Of a stretch of 64,000 nt of DNA, positions 11,901-27,882 are shown in pieces (position 1 is the stretch's first letter; every line of letters begins with the position of its first letter). The position numbers and the translations under genes are program-made. Source of the stretch: Zygnema circumcarinatum SAG 698-1b (lineage: Eukaryota > Plantae > Zygnematophyceae); contig CM074807.1 in NCBI GenBank assembly GCA_037447605.1, positions 3,608,829 through 3,672,828 on the forward strand. Direction: 5' to 3'. The notes beneath the pieces are model-generated. The model was given only the letters and a program-made list of their open reading frames with translations, was not told the origin of the DNA and did no database searches.

Positions 11901-12819
11901 CGGATGAATTGACTATGACGAATTGCACAGTTGTATTTCACGTTTCCATTGACGCAACACGGAACTTGCTCCTGGTTTCAGCCGATCCTACATAAAGCAC
12001 GAGGAGGGGGGGGGGGGGGGTGCTCACGGTTGATTGACTTGGATGAGCATGCCCTCCACAGCCTCGTAGAAATCGGCACCGCGAGCGAGATCAAACACGG
12101 AGAAACCGCGATCGTCGAAGATGACTTCTGTAGGAATGGGGCGTCCGCCCTCGCCCAACTTGACAGGAGTTGGGAGGGGATTGTTGGAGGAGAGGACAAC
12201 ATATTTGTAGGTGGAGCTGCTGGACACGAGCTCAGTCAACGGCAGGTTGCCCGCGGCTGGGTAGTATTCTGACACCGTCCCGTTCATGGTCACCATGTCG
12301 CCCACAGCGGGCTTGGCCTGAGAGCTGCGATAGACGAAGATGCCCTCGGAAGTGGCGTTGTCACCGTCCACTTCGCTGTCCGGCGTCTGCATCCAAAACC
12401 CGGTGCTCGACTTGCCGGTCACAATGCCGCGCGTCACAACCTTCATGCCGTTGTACGGTGAGTAGTGGCTCCTGCCTTGGATCTGGTTGATGGCCACAAA
12501 GGGCAGGCCCTGCATGCGCCCAAGCCCCGCCCAAAATCAAGCCTTGCAATGCCATGCCTTCACTGCGGCTGTGCACAGCACTGTCGGGACGTCCACCTGA
12601 CGACACATGCATTGACAAACATTGAAAACCTAGGAGTGCGGAGGAGCAGGCCAATCGAACGGCATAAGGGACTTGCGAACGCGAGGATGATGGCCGGGAA
12701 GGTGAACTTACCGGAGGGGGACGAGTAGGCGGGCTTGGAGGGGGAGGAGTGTCGGACGTGGAGAAGGGGAGTAATGAGAGCAGCACTGAAGCGGCCAGCA
12801 AGGCCCATGGAGCCGCCAT
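8572..12819 (-). CDS. Secreted endonuclease/exonuclease/phosphatase (DNase I-like) extracellular nuclease with OB-fold and extensin-like Pro-rich stalk
   Basis: Signal peptide MAAPWALLAASVLLSLLPFSTS. OB-like IQGRSHYSPY..GIVT..GFWMQ..SEGIFVY..GTVSEY. EEP motifs TFNMEN, EEIQ, NHFNSK, GDLND, YSYVFDGNSQELD, SDHDP. Eleven exons (12819-12712, 12509-12028, 11826-11758, 11660-11469, 11297-11179, 10933-10853, 10722-10550, 10291-10028, 9821-9675, 9290-9050, 8931-8572) join in frame with GT-AG ends. Confidence 0.9.
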
Positions 12820-12927
12820 GGCGGGAAGTCCAAAGTTTCAATGAGATTTAGTTGACCATGAGCTTCCGAATAGTTTACTTGTCGTAACGTAAGTTCCCTC
12901 GGTAACTCTTGAACGGATTTTGGGAAC

Positions 12928-14531
12928 CTGCGATTAAGAAAAGTAAATCAAAAAAGAAAATTAATTAGAAAGTACGCCTAGCAGAGTGCTGCGAAGTCGA
13001 TTGTTACATTTCATTAGAAAGTCCTATTTTGTGAATAATTTAATTTCCAAAGCAATGGTCCTCTTTCACGCCTTCGCATCTCCCACTTTATTTTTATACC
13101 CTCCAGTTATATCTCATTTCCATGGACTTCTTGTGAACACTTGTCACTTATTCATGATTAACCACCGCCGCCTCCGCACACCCCTTGTCTCCTCTCCTCC
13201 CTCTGACCCTTCGCTTCTCTCATTCTCTCCTCCCACACCCCTTTTGTCCACTTTTTCTTCCACACATCTCTACCTCTCTCTTCCCCTCTTCCTCGTCCTC
13301 CCTGCTCATCCCACCTCGTCCCTTCTCTTTTCTGTGGTCATCTCCCCTTCCTTCTCTCTCCCACTCTCTCTGTCTCCAATTCCTATTCCAACCGTAGCTT
13401 CGCATCTCCCACTTCTTTACTAATTTCTTCAATGACCTCCGACTTTGTCAGATTTCCGTTAAACACTTGTCAGCATAGTTCCCTATCATCTTCCCCCACC
13501 TCTATTTCTACGCATCCGCCTCGTCTCGTCCCTCACCTTCGTTTTCTCTCTCGCCACACCCTTAAAACCCCCTTTTTCTCCCCCGCTTTTTCTCTACATC
13601 TGTCTCTCCCATCTGTCCTCATCTCCCCTTCTCAATCCCTCTCTCTCTGTCCACTTCTTACTCCTTTCCCGCCTTCGCGTCTCCCACTGTATTTCTATTC
13701 TCTCAAGCGGTCTCTTAATTCTAGAACCTCTGCGAAGCACTTGTAGCATATCTCTCCATCAGCTCACGCAGATCTGTCCTCCTCTTCTCTTTCACACCTT
13801 TGTTTTCTGTCTGTCACGCCTCTCTTCTCCTCTTTCCTCCCTCACATCTCTCCCTCCTTCTCCTTTCCTCTCCCTTCCTCTCCCTCGTCTTTCCTGCGGA
13901 TCTGACCTGTTTCCTTCACTACTTCGTCCTACTCTGGAATTCCCTCACTCCCTGTGCACCTCTTCCACCCTCGCTTCCTTCTCCTCTCCGTCTCTCCTTC
14001 CAATGTTTGTATGCTCTTCTTTTCCTCTAGTTTCTCTGCCCTCTTTTCACTTTCACAAGGCTTTAGTTATTTTTTTGTTATTTTCCCTATTTTAACCGAT
14101 GAAATCCATCCCTCCCCCTCTTCCTCTCCTCTCTCACATCCTCAGTTTCGACCCTCTCCCCTCATTTCGCGCCCGTCCCACTCCCTATGCCACTCTCCTC
14201 TCCCCAACCCCTCTTTCCCCCCTTCTCCCTCTCCCATATCCTCCATCTTTCGGTATTCTCCCTCCTCCACCTCCTCTTTCTTGCGCTACCTCCCGCCGCC
14301 TATACCCCTCGTGCTGTCTCTCCACCTCCTCCCTCCCTTTCCCCGTCCTCTCTCTCCTCTCTCTCCCACGTATTCACTTCCCTATAATCTCCCGCCTCCC
14401 CTTCCTTGTATCTCACTTCCTACCTCCCCCTATATTCCCCCTCCCTCCCCTCCTCCACTTTCTCCCAGCTTCTTCCCCCCCTCCCCCCCCTCGCCCTCTC
14501 CCCCCAAACCGCGCCATAACCTTGGGCTCAC
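12928..14531 (-). other. Probable 5'-UTR intron of the nuclease gene, filled with low-complexity sequence (CT-rich on +)
   Basis: Minus-strand donor AAG|GTGAGC at 14531 just downstream of a GC-rich promoter-like block; acceptor TTTTCTTAATCGCAG at 12928, about 110 nt before the ATG. ORFs in this interval are low-complexity. Confidence 0.45.
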
Positions 14532-16145
14532 CTTTCCACTCGGTCGCTCGTCCTCGCGGAGCTCCCCCGCAGCCTCCGGAAGGAGAGGCAGAGGGAGGGA
14601 GGGAGAGTGGGAGGGAGGGAGGGAGGGAAGGAGGGAGGGAGGGAGGGAGGGAGAAGAAGACGGCAGGGGTGCGGGCCGCCGGTTACGGCAGCCGCGAGGC
14701 GCCACGTGTATCGTACGGAGCGTCGGTCACAAGGGCGAAGCGGCGGCTGCCGACAACTGTCGGCGAGGACGTGGCGGAGTCACTTGTCGTTTGCGGGCAG
14801 TGACAAAAGTGGCAGATCTACCACTGCCATCGGGTCGGGATCGACTGTAGGTTGATCTTTCGTAGGATGATCCAGTTCCCGTTGAATACCTGTTTGGTAT
14901 TCTTGTAAGGCAGGATCAACCCAGAATCGAAGAATCGCGGATGATTGATTCGGTCTCAGCCTTGTTCTCTGAATTGGTGGATCCACAAGGTGGATCGGTC
15001 ATCCCACCCACCGACACTGGAAGCACGGGGGATATGCCGAATCAGTCCAGGTGGCCCTCGAAAATGACAAATTATCACACGCTGACAACATTTGGTGCCA
15101 TTCCAGCTAATCTCGTTGCGCCACATCAGCGTACACTCGCGTAGGGATACTTTTCGGACAAAGCTGCCGACACGAAGCGCCCGCAAGCCGCCAAACGCAT
15201 ATTCGGTTCACGAGATGCTGATTGGCGGTCGCTTGTCGTATGTTTCCCTCATTGGCCAGCCGCGTGGCGACACCTGCCAGCAGTTCCACGAATGTTCTCG
15301 CGAAAGTATTCGGTGGGGCCTACTGCCTTGTCGCGTCTGCGTGGTTTGGCAGTTTTCTCGACTCGATTTTGTCGGGGCACGTCAGGGACGGACAAACAGG
15401 GGAGCGCCGTACATCAGTTCGTACAACAACCGGAGTTGATAAGTGACAGTTTTGTCGTTTTTTGAAGATTCGTACAAATGGCATCTGCCAGTTCCTTTGA
15501 GTGACGTCATATGCGTCACTTGTCACGGGCTACGCCCGTTCCTGGAGGCCCTTTCATACGTGCAACGATGTACGGACTTCCAAGATTTAACCGCGCAGCC
15601 GTACAATGGGATAAAAGGTTTGAAATTAAAATTTTCAAAACTAGTACATAGGCGGCGTATTTTTGTAGGAAATCGTGATTCTGTAGAAAATTTCTATGTA
15701 CTTGTTTTGATATTTATGGAGCAGGAGCATCCGCCCTCCCCGTACCGCACCTTTCACCAGAAAGAGCCGCCTGACACTCCCTACCTGACTAGGGCGAACT
15801 CGAAACAAGTACATATTTCTAAGAAAAAGTTCTTTGTAAACGTACTGTTTCTAGAAACGCATCCCGAACCAATCCCCTCCTATTTTTTCCAAGAATGACA
15901 AGCCCAATTGTGGGTGAGAAATTGCGCCGTGTGGCGAATGCAATAATAATCTGGAAACTCGGCATCGCGATTTCTCAAGTCGTGAGCTCATAAGTCATGA
16001 CTAATTCTTGACCAAATTAACCAGACAAACCAGGCGTGGTTAGCCACTGCACCAACATTGCCGATTGCAGGTTTGAAAGAGAATGAACGAAGGAATGGAG
16101 GGAATGTTAAGTTGTCGAACTCCAACTTGTTCTCGCCCGCAATAG

Positions 16146-16412
16146 CCCAATGGGTGTCAATGTATGGCCCAATGGGTGGGTCAATGTATGGCCCAATGGG
16201 TGGGTCAATGTATGGCCCAATGGGTGGGTCAATGTATGGCCCAATGGATGGCCCAATGGGTGGGTCAATGGATGGGTCAATGGATGGGTCAATGGATGGC
16301 CCAATGGATGGCCCAATGGGTGGGTCAATGGATGGCCCAATGGGTGGCCCAATGGGTGGGTCAATGGATGGCCCAATGGATGGCCCAATGGGTGGGCAAA
16401 TGGATGGCCCAA
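16146..16412. repeat. Minisatellite of 12-bp subunits (GGCCCAATGG(G/A)T / GGGTCAATG(T/G)AT), partly as 24-bp dimers
   Basis: Directly visible tandem array with about 11 perfect GGCCCAATGG copies. Confidence 0.92.
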
Positions 16413-17213
16413 AAGGATGACCTATTGATGGATGTACCATCGATAGAGTACCGTACGATCGCACGCAATACGACACTCGTGAAAGCCATTGACTGGTGCT
16501 AATTGTCATTCGAAGAAAGCGGCATGGCGCATCATGTAGGCGGACAGTTTGCTATTTGCGGTTTTCAGGTTTCCCTGAGATTTCTCCGGTTCAGTGCCCG
16601 GGCTTGCAACACCGTCCTGCTCCTGTCGCCCATTCAGGGCCAGTGCAGTACAAACCAGTGCTCTTCCCTTCCCCAGCAACCATACACCATCGTCACGTAG
16701 CTTCTGTCAGAACACGAGAAGACTTATCCTCATGCTATAATGTCGGTTGAACCCATTCTCTAAATGAACAACACATTGCTACGTGTACACAACTCAATCC
16801 TTTCTTGAATTGCGAAGACACTCCCTTTAACATTACCTATAATTACATTACTAGAGGATTCCTCCATCGCACGGCCGTTTCCTTTCTACTGCCACAGAGT
16901 CTTGCCTCTGCAGCATGAGATGGCTCAGTCTCCCCCTCCCAAAAAGCTTGCGCTCAATACTATACAGGTCGTTTCCAATGTATTGCCCCCCTTGGCAGCA
17001 CCCAGATCGAAAGCGCCTACTTCGTCTGAACCACCGCATAACCATAGAATACATCCGCCTACTATTCTTTTCTATTATTTCAGAGGATACACCCACATTT
17101 ATCCTATACAAATGCACCTTCAGCTTCCACCCCTTGACGCTTAAAAGAGAAATTTGTCTCCCTAGTCCTGTACATTCATGGTGAGCGGAGCCGTCCCTCT
17201 CTAGAACGCACCC

Positions 17214-21751
<4,538 letters not shown>

Positions 21752-22623
21752 ATCAGGAGCCCCCCCGCACGCTCGTCACCCTAACCCTAATTCCAATCAC
21801 AACGGACTTTACTTTCTTGCACTTCAGCAACAGCCACAGCGCAGCTCCCAGACTCCAAGCAAGAGTACCGGAACGAAGCCCACGTTCTTGCCCTTCTCTC
21901 TGCCTCTCTCCCTCTCTCCCTCCCTCCCTCTCGCCCTCTCTCCCTCTCTCCCTCTCTCCCTCTCTCCCTCTCTCCCCTCCCCTGGCCCAAATTCCGCCTT
22001 GCTACAGAACGTCTCTCCCGTCCCTCTCCGCCACAGATGGCCGATTCCCCCTGCATACGACACGTGCGAATAAACTGCGCGTCTATGTGTGGGCAGTCGC
22101 AGTTCTTTCTGTTTTGCGTGTCCAGTTTCCACTTCTTCACAGTCAACTAAACTGCATGCACATGAGATGTACCCGCATATCATCGCGCTGCCAAAATCCG
22201 GTTCTATGACATATATCTCTCGTTGAGAGCAAACATTCTGTTTCACGAATTTAGATCTGTGTCACTAACACAGAACTATAACCTAACCGCACAGAGATAG
22301 ATGCCAGTTGCGAATGTAGAAAACAGCTACCTGTTGGTATTCCAGTTGGAGTTAAGTGACGTCATATAAAACGTTCACATGTCAAATTTGAGTGCTGTAT
22401 AACTGGACGCTCAACTTCACACATACGAAACGGAACCCAAAAACAGCGAACCGTAGTTTAATAACAGCCAATAAATACTCGCCACGTTGACACTTCTGCA
22501 TACGTGACGACTTCTCATTGGCTATGTTCGCCCAGAGTTTTAAATAAAAGGTCTTCGGGAAGTGGCCCCTACTGAATCTTCTCTGTCGCTCCCTCTCCAC
22601 TTCCCTCCGCCTCCGCGGCAGCC

Positions 22624-23451
22624 ATGGCTACCGCGTGGGCGAAGGGTTTCTGGAACCATCCGGCGGGTCCGAAGACGATATTCTTTTGGGCGCCCACCTT
22701 CAAGTGGTGTCTCGGAATGGCGAACATTCTCGACTACAACAGGCCTGCCGGTGCGCGTCCTTGTGCTTCTGCTCTCCAGTTAGGGTTTGGAGGAGCTTTT
22801 CTGTGAATGGCTCAGTTGGTTTCTGAGCTGGTCTCAGCCGGGGATCGTTTAGGTTTTCGGAAAAGTGAGTGCTTGACTTGGTCACATTTGGGAGGAACAA
22901 AAGCACTTTGGAAAAGCCGTGACTCTACTGCACTTCTTGCAATGGAAGGGTGAGAGAGGGAGGTAAGGCGGGAAGTATAGTGAGAGAAGAAGTGGGGGGG
23001 GGTAGAGGGAAATCGACGAGGAAAGATGAGGGAGGGAGAGCTGAAGGAGAAAGAGCAAGAGATTGAAAGAAAGAGAGGGGGAGGGGAGGAAGGAGAGTAT
23101 ACGGAAAGAATTTTCAGAATAGAGATACTAGATTATCTGTGGGTCCAAGCTATACACTGTAATTGGAGCTGAAAAATGATCTCCGTCATTTTTTATTCCA
23201 CCCCTCCTTTCTGCATTCCAGAAAAGGTGTCGTACCCGCAGCAGTCGGCAGCGGCTGCAACAGGTATCATTTTCATGAAGTACAGTGTGGATGTGATCCC
23301 GAAGAACTGGAACCTGTTCAGTGTGAACGCCTTCCTCGCAGCGACCGCTATTTACCAGTTGAGCCGGAAGGTTCACAAGGACTACATTGAGGTACGGACC
23401 TTCATCCATTCCCTCCTCCACCGCAGATTTTCACGCTCTTACGCGACCTGA
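22624..23451 (+). CDS. MPC2: Mitochondrial pyruvate carrier, MPC2-type (3' end uncertain)
   Basis: Exon 22624-22750 MATAWAKGFWNHPAGPKTIFFWAPTFKW plus exon 23222-23391 EKVSYPQQ...PKNWNLFSVN...YQLSRK, matching the plant MPC2-4 consensus. The donor at 23392 implies a further short exon, or read-through to the stop at 23451. Confidence 0.93.
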
Positions 23452-24632
23452 TGAGTGATTCGTACTTAGTTGTTTATAAGCTGTGTCGTGTGAATCAGTG
23501 GTGATTAGGTCATTAGGTTGTTATTAGGTTGTAGGTTCAACAGGATTGTCAGACTACTCCAACTGCCGCTATGAATAAACCTATTTGAAGAGTGATATTT
23601 TAGCTTTTAGGGTTTGATCTATTGAGCCCCTGATAATGACAACGCTAGATCAAGTCCCTTAAATTTCCGGAATTCCTCACCCCTTTTCTTCTTCGAGAAG
23701 GTGTTCATAGTAGAAGGGCTTTATTGCCAGTCGTCTTTCTTTCAAGCAGAGAGTCAGGTTGCTTACCACTTCAACCTCGTTCCTTCAATGGGGTCGGGCC
23801 ACTTCTCTTGTAGGCGCCACCTCCAAGTCCTGAGGCAGTCGCTACGTCTCCGACGATGTAGAGGTTCACTGAAAGCAGAGACTACGAGTGCTTGAAATCA
23901 CTGTGAGAAAGGATGCAACCGTTTTCGGGCTCTCTTCTCTTCATTTAAAAGAAATGGGTGGGAACATGTGTTTGATTCCTGTTGGGGAAAAAACGCGGAG
24001 GAGAAAGATGTTCATTATGGGGCGAATGCTCCACTGCAGAATGGGGTTAGGTTTGGATACTGCCAGTTTTCAAAAGTAGGTGGATTTTTGCTCATGCTTT
24101 GTATTTTGTGGCGCATGAGAGTTGGGTTGAGAAGTTACTTTTTTAGTCTATGCTATAAATCCGGATGATATTGTGTCTCCACATGGTAAATAATTGCTCT
24201 CGGATTCTTTTCAGAGGCAACCTCCTTCAATACAAAAAGTGCGCACTGTTCTCAGAACTGGTGATGGTGCGCGTGGAGCACTTGCCATAATATGGCATAC
24301 ATTTTTCTCGCAATCCAAAATGCTCGAGCTTGGAATGTCAATCAGCACTTCACAACCTTCCATTTACAATATTTTACAGAAGGAGAGAGAGGAAAAGCTT
24401 ATCATCTGAACGTAGAGTTCAACAACAGCCTCTGTCATGCGTCTAGGGGGGAACACCTGCAGCCAGCTATACCTTATAGGTCCAATATTCAACACCATCT
24501 AAAACGGAGGCGCGGCAAGACACAGAACAAACTAAATTCACTAACGAAGTCTGAGAGAAGTCTGTCTCTCCTATAGGCTAGAAGTGCATACTTTGTGCTC
24601 TGGAATGGAGAGGACAGCCGAGTCACAAAGTT

Positions 24633-25952
24633 TCACGCATGGATGGATGCTGGATTCTCCATCATGAGCTTCACATACTCCTCGTATGCAATCTCGCCGG
24701 TCTTCAAAGGGTCCAATTCACTTGCCAGCTGGTTCGCTTCCTCTTGGCTCAAGCCCTCTCCCAAATGCTGCATCACGTAGGTCAGCTGCAATTCCACCGC
24801 AATAGGACGATCACATAAGTTGAATGGGCAGTAGGAGCAGAATAGGGAACCCTACAACGGACCATATGAAGGAACACCCATGCAATCAGGGAAGGCAGAA
24901 AGTGAGTCTCCTAGAGTCCCATATTCTTGTACGAGCAATGCAGAGGTGCATAATTAGGGCAAATGAGGTTGACATCTCACATCCTCTCTCTATCACACAC
25001 ATCTTTCCTGGCAGACGGCGAGGTTATACCTCAGCGGTTGAAATCTTCCCTGATCCCTGCTTATCAAACACTTTGAATGCCTTCAATAGCTCGTCCGCTG
25101 TACCCGATATCTGCAGCTCCATCCAAAAGCAAGTATACCTCAGTTTAAACACATTGCAATCCAATATCCAACAGCTCAGACGAAAGTGACCTCGATCAAG
25201 GGAAAGAGTTGCGAACCTGAACTTTACGAGACATGAAACTGAGGAACAGGTCAAAATCGATCAGACCGTCATCAGGAACCTCTTTAATCATCGCTTGAAC
25301 TTCGGCATTGGTCGGTGTGAGACCCATTGCCCGAAGCAAGGTGCCCAAATCCTTCGTGCCAATTTTCCCTGCAGGAGCAGAAAGTTGTAGAAATAATGGA
25401 ACGTAACTAGTGAACATGAGCTAATGGCAAGTGCAGGCTTCAAGGGTTCTTCGAGTTTGCACGAGTTTTCGAGTTTCATAAAAGGCATTAAAAAAAATGC
25501 TTGATCATTTTCAATTAAGCCGCAATGCACAATGAATCTGAAGGTTACAAACGGCATTTTTTTCTTTTTTTAAATAATTGAGAAATAGATGCGTCCTTAG
25601 CACTGATCTCAATCGATCAAGTCCTATGAAACGTAGGTAAAGTTTGGCCTGCAAGATACATGTACTTGCAAAATAGAATTGATTGAAGGCAATGATTAAC
25701 ACGGAAGATAATGCAGCTTACCTTGTGCAAGCTTTGGTAGAAAAAACGCAATGGGACGCTACCAAACGTGCCATCTCAAGGCTTTCCAAAAGGTGGGAAA
25801 TGTTGGCCATGGACAAGCAGACAGCAAGAGAGACAGAGAGGGAGAGATGGAGAGAAGAGAAAATATGATTTCTCACCATCGCCGTCTGAGTCATACAGAA
25901 TAAATCCCTTCTTTAACTCCTCCTTCCGCTTCTCCGTAAACTCAGACGCCAT
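24633..25952 (-). CDS. Calmodulin-like / myosin-light-chain-like four-EF-hand protein, 4 coding exons
   Basis: Joined product: MASEFTEKRKEELKKGFILYDSDGDG|KIGTKDLGTLLRAMGLTPTNAEVQAMIKEV..FDLFLSFMSRK|..ELLKAFKVFDKQGSGKISTAE|LTYVMQHLGEGLSQEE..GEIAYEEYVKLMM. The first intron falls in EF1 at the GDG|K position typical of calmodulin genes. Confidence 0.9.
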
Positions 25953-26299
25953 CGCCACTATATAACAGGAACTCGATTCTCCTCTCCTTAAACGCGTATC
26001 TCAAACTCTCTCTCTCCCCCTTTCAATATCTCTCTCCTCCACTTCCTCCGTACCCCCCTCCCGACGGCAGCTCAGCTCAACTCACTCAACTACCAAGCAC
26101 TGAGCTTCTGCTCTTCCGTCCCCCAGCGTCAGCTTTAGCATCAGCCTCTGGCTCTCCTCACGTCCACAGGCGCGCAGCCTCCCCGAGAAGCACCACCTCC
26201 AGGCCGCCGCGGGAACATGCAGCACGCAAATTAGGGCAAATCAGACCGCCATGGCCGCCCCCCGCCCGCCGCGAGGGAGATGCCCTCAAAGGCCAGCCG

Positions 26300-26920
26300 A
26301 TATAGTACGATACGGCGATATGTACTGACCACTAACAAATATAGAAAATCGGTATTGATTTGAAAACGATATGAAATCGTATCGTATCTTACACAAACGG
26401 TGTATCGAGATGTTCCTGACTACCACATTCGTACGGATACCGTACCTCAAGATACGGTTAAGATTCGATCGTATCCGTACACGTCAGCTCGGACTCACCA
26501 AGGTACATCCCAAATCTTTGACTATCCGACACTTCAATCCAATCTATCCGTACCGCTGGCCCGCCAGACAATACGGAAAAAACCGTACTGATTCGGTTTG
26601 CAACCTGCAAAAATCTGAATCTGTACCAGAAAGGTCTGTCCGTACACCGTAGCCGCCCGAATGTGCCCGACGGTCAACTAACTACGGACGGCCGGTAGTA
26701 CGAAAATTAAAATACAAATTTAGTTTTTAAAATTCGTGATATTCGCGGCACTTGAAACCAATAAAAATCGACCCAAAAACTTTCATAACGGTACGGCACA
26801 AGTACAAAAATTTACACGTCCGTACACGTGGTCATAAAAATCGCCAAACCATTGGCCACAATTGAACCACCACTGTGCGAATGGACGAAATATGACGTCA
26901 TATTTCGATATATGACGTCA
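26300..26920. promoter_or_regulatory. GTAC/GATACG-dense block plus a double TGACGTCA (C-box/CRE) in the divergent promoter between the CML and RING-vWA genes; could be a MITE remnant
   Basis: 14 GTAC cores in 26305-26825; TGACGTCA at 26893 and 26913, the first inside the 18-bp palindrome AAATATGACGTCATATTT. Confidence 0.5.
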
Positions 26921-27882
26921 TTGTTCGGAAGGAGGAATTATTTGGCACCCTACTCTTAGAACGGTTATAAACCTAACAGAAAAGTCTTAACAAATTTCCT
27001 TTCTGGTCCTCCCCCGGCGACTTTCCGATGCCATTTGACCGCCGCGCCGCTCTGGCGGCCCTTTCGCGCCGCCGGCCCCGTACGGTTGAGCCGAGTCAGA
27101 AACGGAATGTGGCCCAGAAAACACCCCACCGACATTCACCGCCCGCCGTCCAGATTTTACTCGTGTGAACCCACCAATAGGAACGCCAAAAACAACGACA
27201 TTTACTAGTGTGCTCACACATAAAAACTCAGTTCAGCAGCCAGGTGTACGTTTTGATTCGACGTGGCAGACTTTTATTGGATATATAGGGCTTCACCTGC
27301 CCCCGCCAGATCGGCCCCCAGTTATTACCCGGCGACAGGCGACGCCATGATTGCCGTACAGCCTCCTGGCGGCTTCAAACTGCCACAACCATGTTCGGCC
27401 ACGTGGCGCCCTCCCAGTGGCTGCCTTCTCCGACACATGCGGAGCGCCTGGCAGGCGGCTGCCCGCCCGCCAGCGAGCGAGGGCGCGAGTACGGTCATCA
27501 CTGGGGGGGACGGAGGGCCCTCCCCTCCCTCGCTGGTGCCCGCGCTCGCTACTTGAGAGAAGGAGGGAGCACCATTCTGTCTCTCCCTCTCCTTCTCGCT
27601 CTCCCTTTGACCCGCCGTCAACCGCCACCCTCCTCAACCTCTTTCCGTTTCCACCTCTCCCATCACCCCATCTTTCGTTCTCTTTCAGTCTCGTTTCGCC
27701 ACCATCTCACCCCTCCCTTCCCCCCCTCTCCCCATTCATCTTCTCTATACTTCCCTCACCCACATTCCTCGTTTCTCCTTGGTCCCCCCTCCCCTCCCTC
27801 CTTCCTCTCCCTCCCCTTTTCCTCCATTCCTCTCCCCACCTCCCACGCATGCTCACGCCCACCCCCACCCCCCCCTCCTGCC

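Noticed and set aside
12986-14855. Leu/Ser/Pro-rich ORFs
   Set aside because: They come from low-complexity CT tracts, probably a UTR intron.
16058-16509. Repeat-protein ORFs (GPMGGSM, WPNGWVN, HPLGHPL)
   Set aside because: They are open only because the minisatellite unit lacks stops; there is no splice context or flanking domain.
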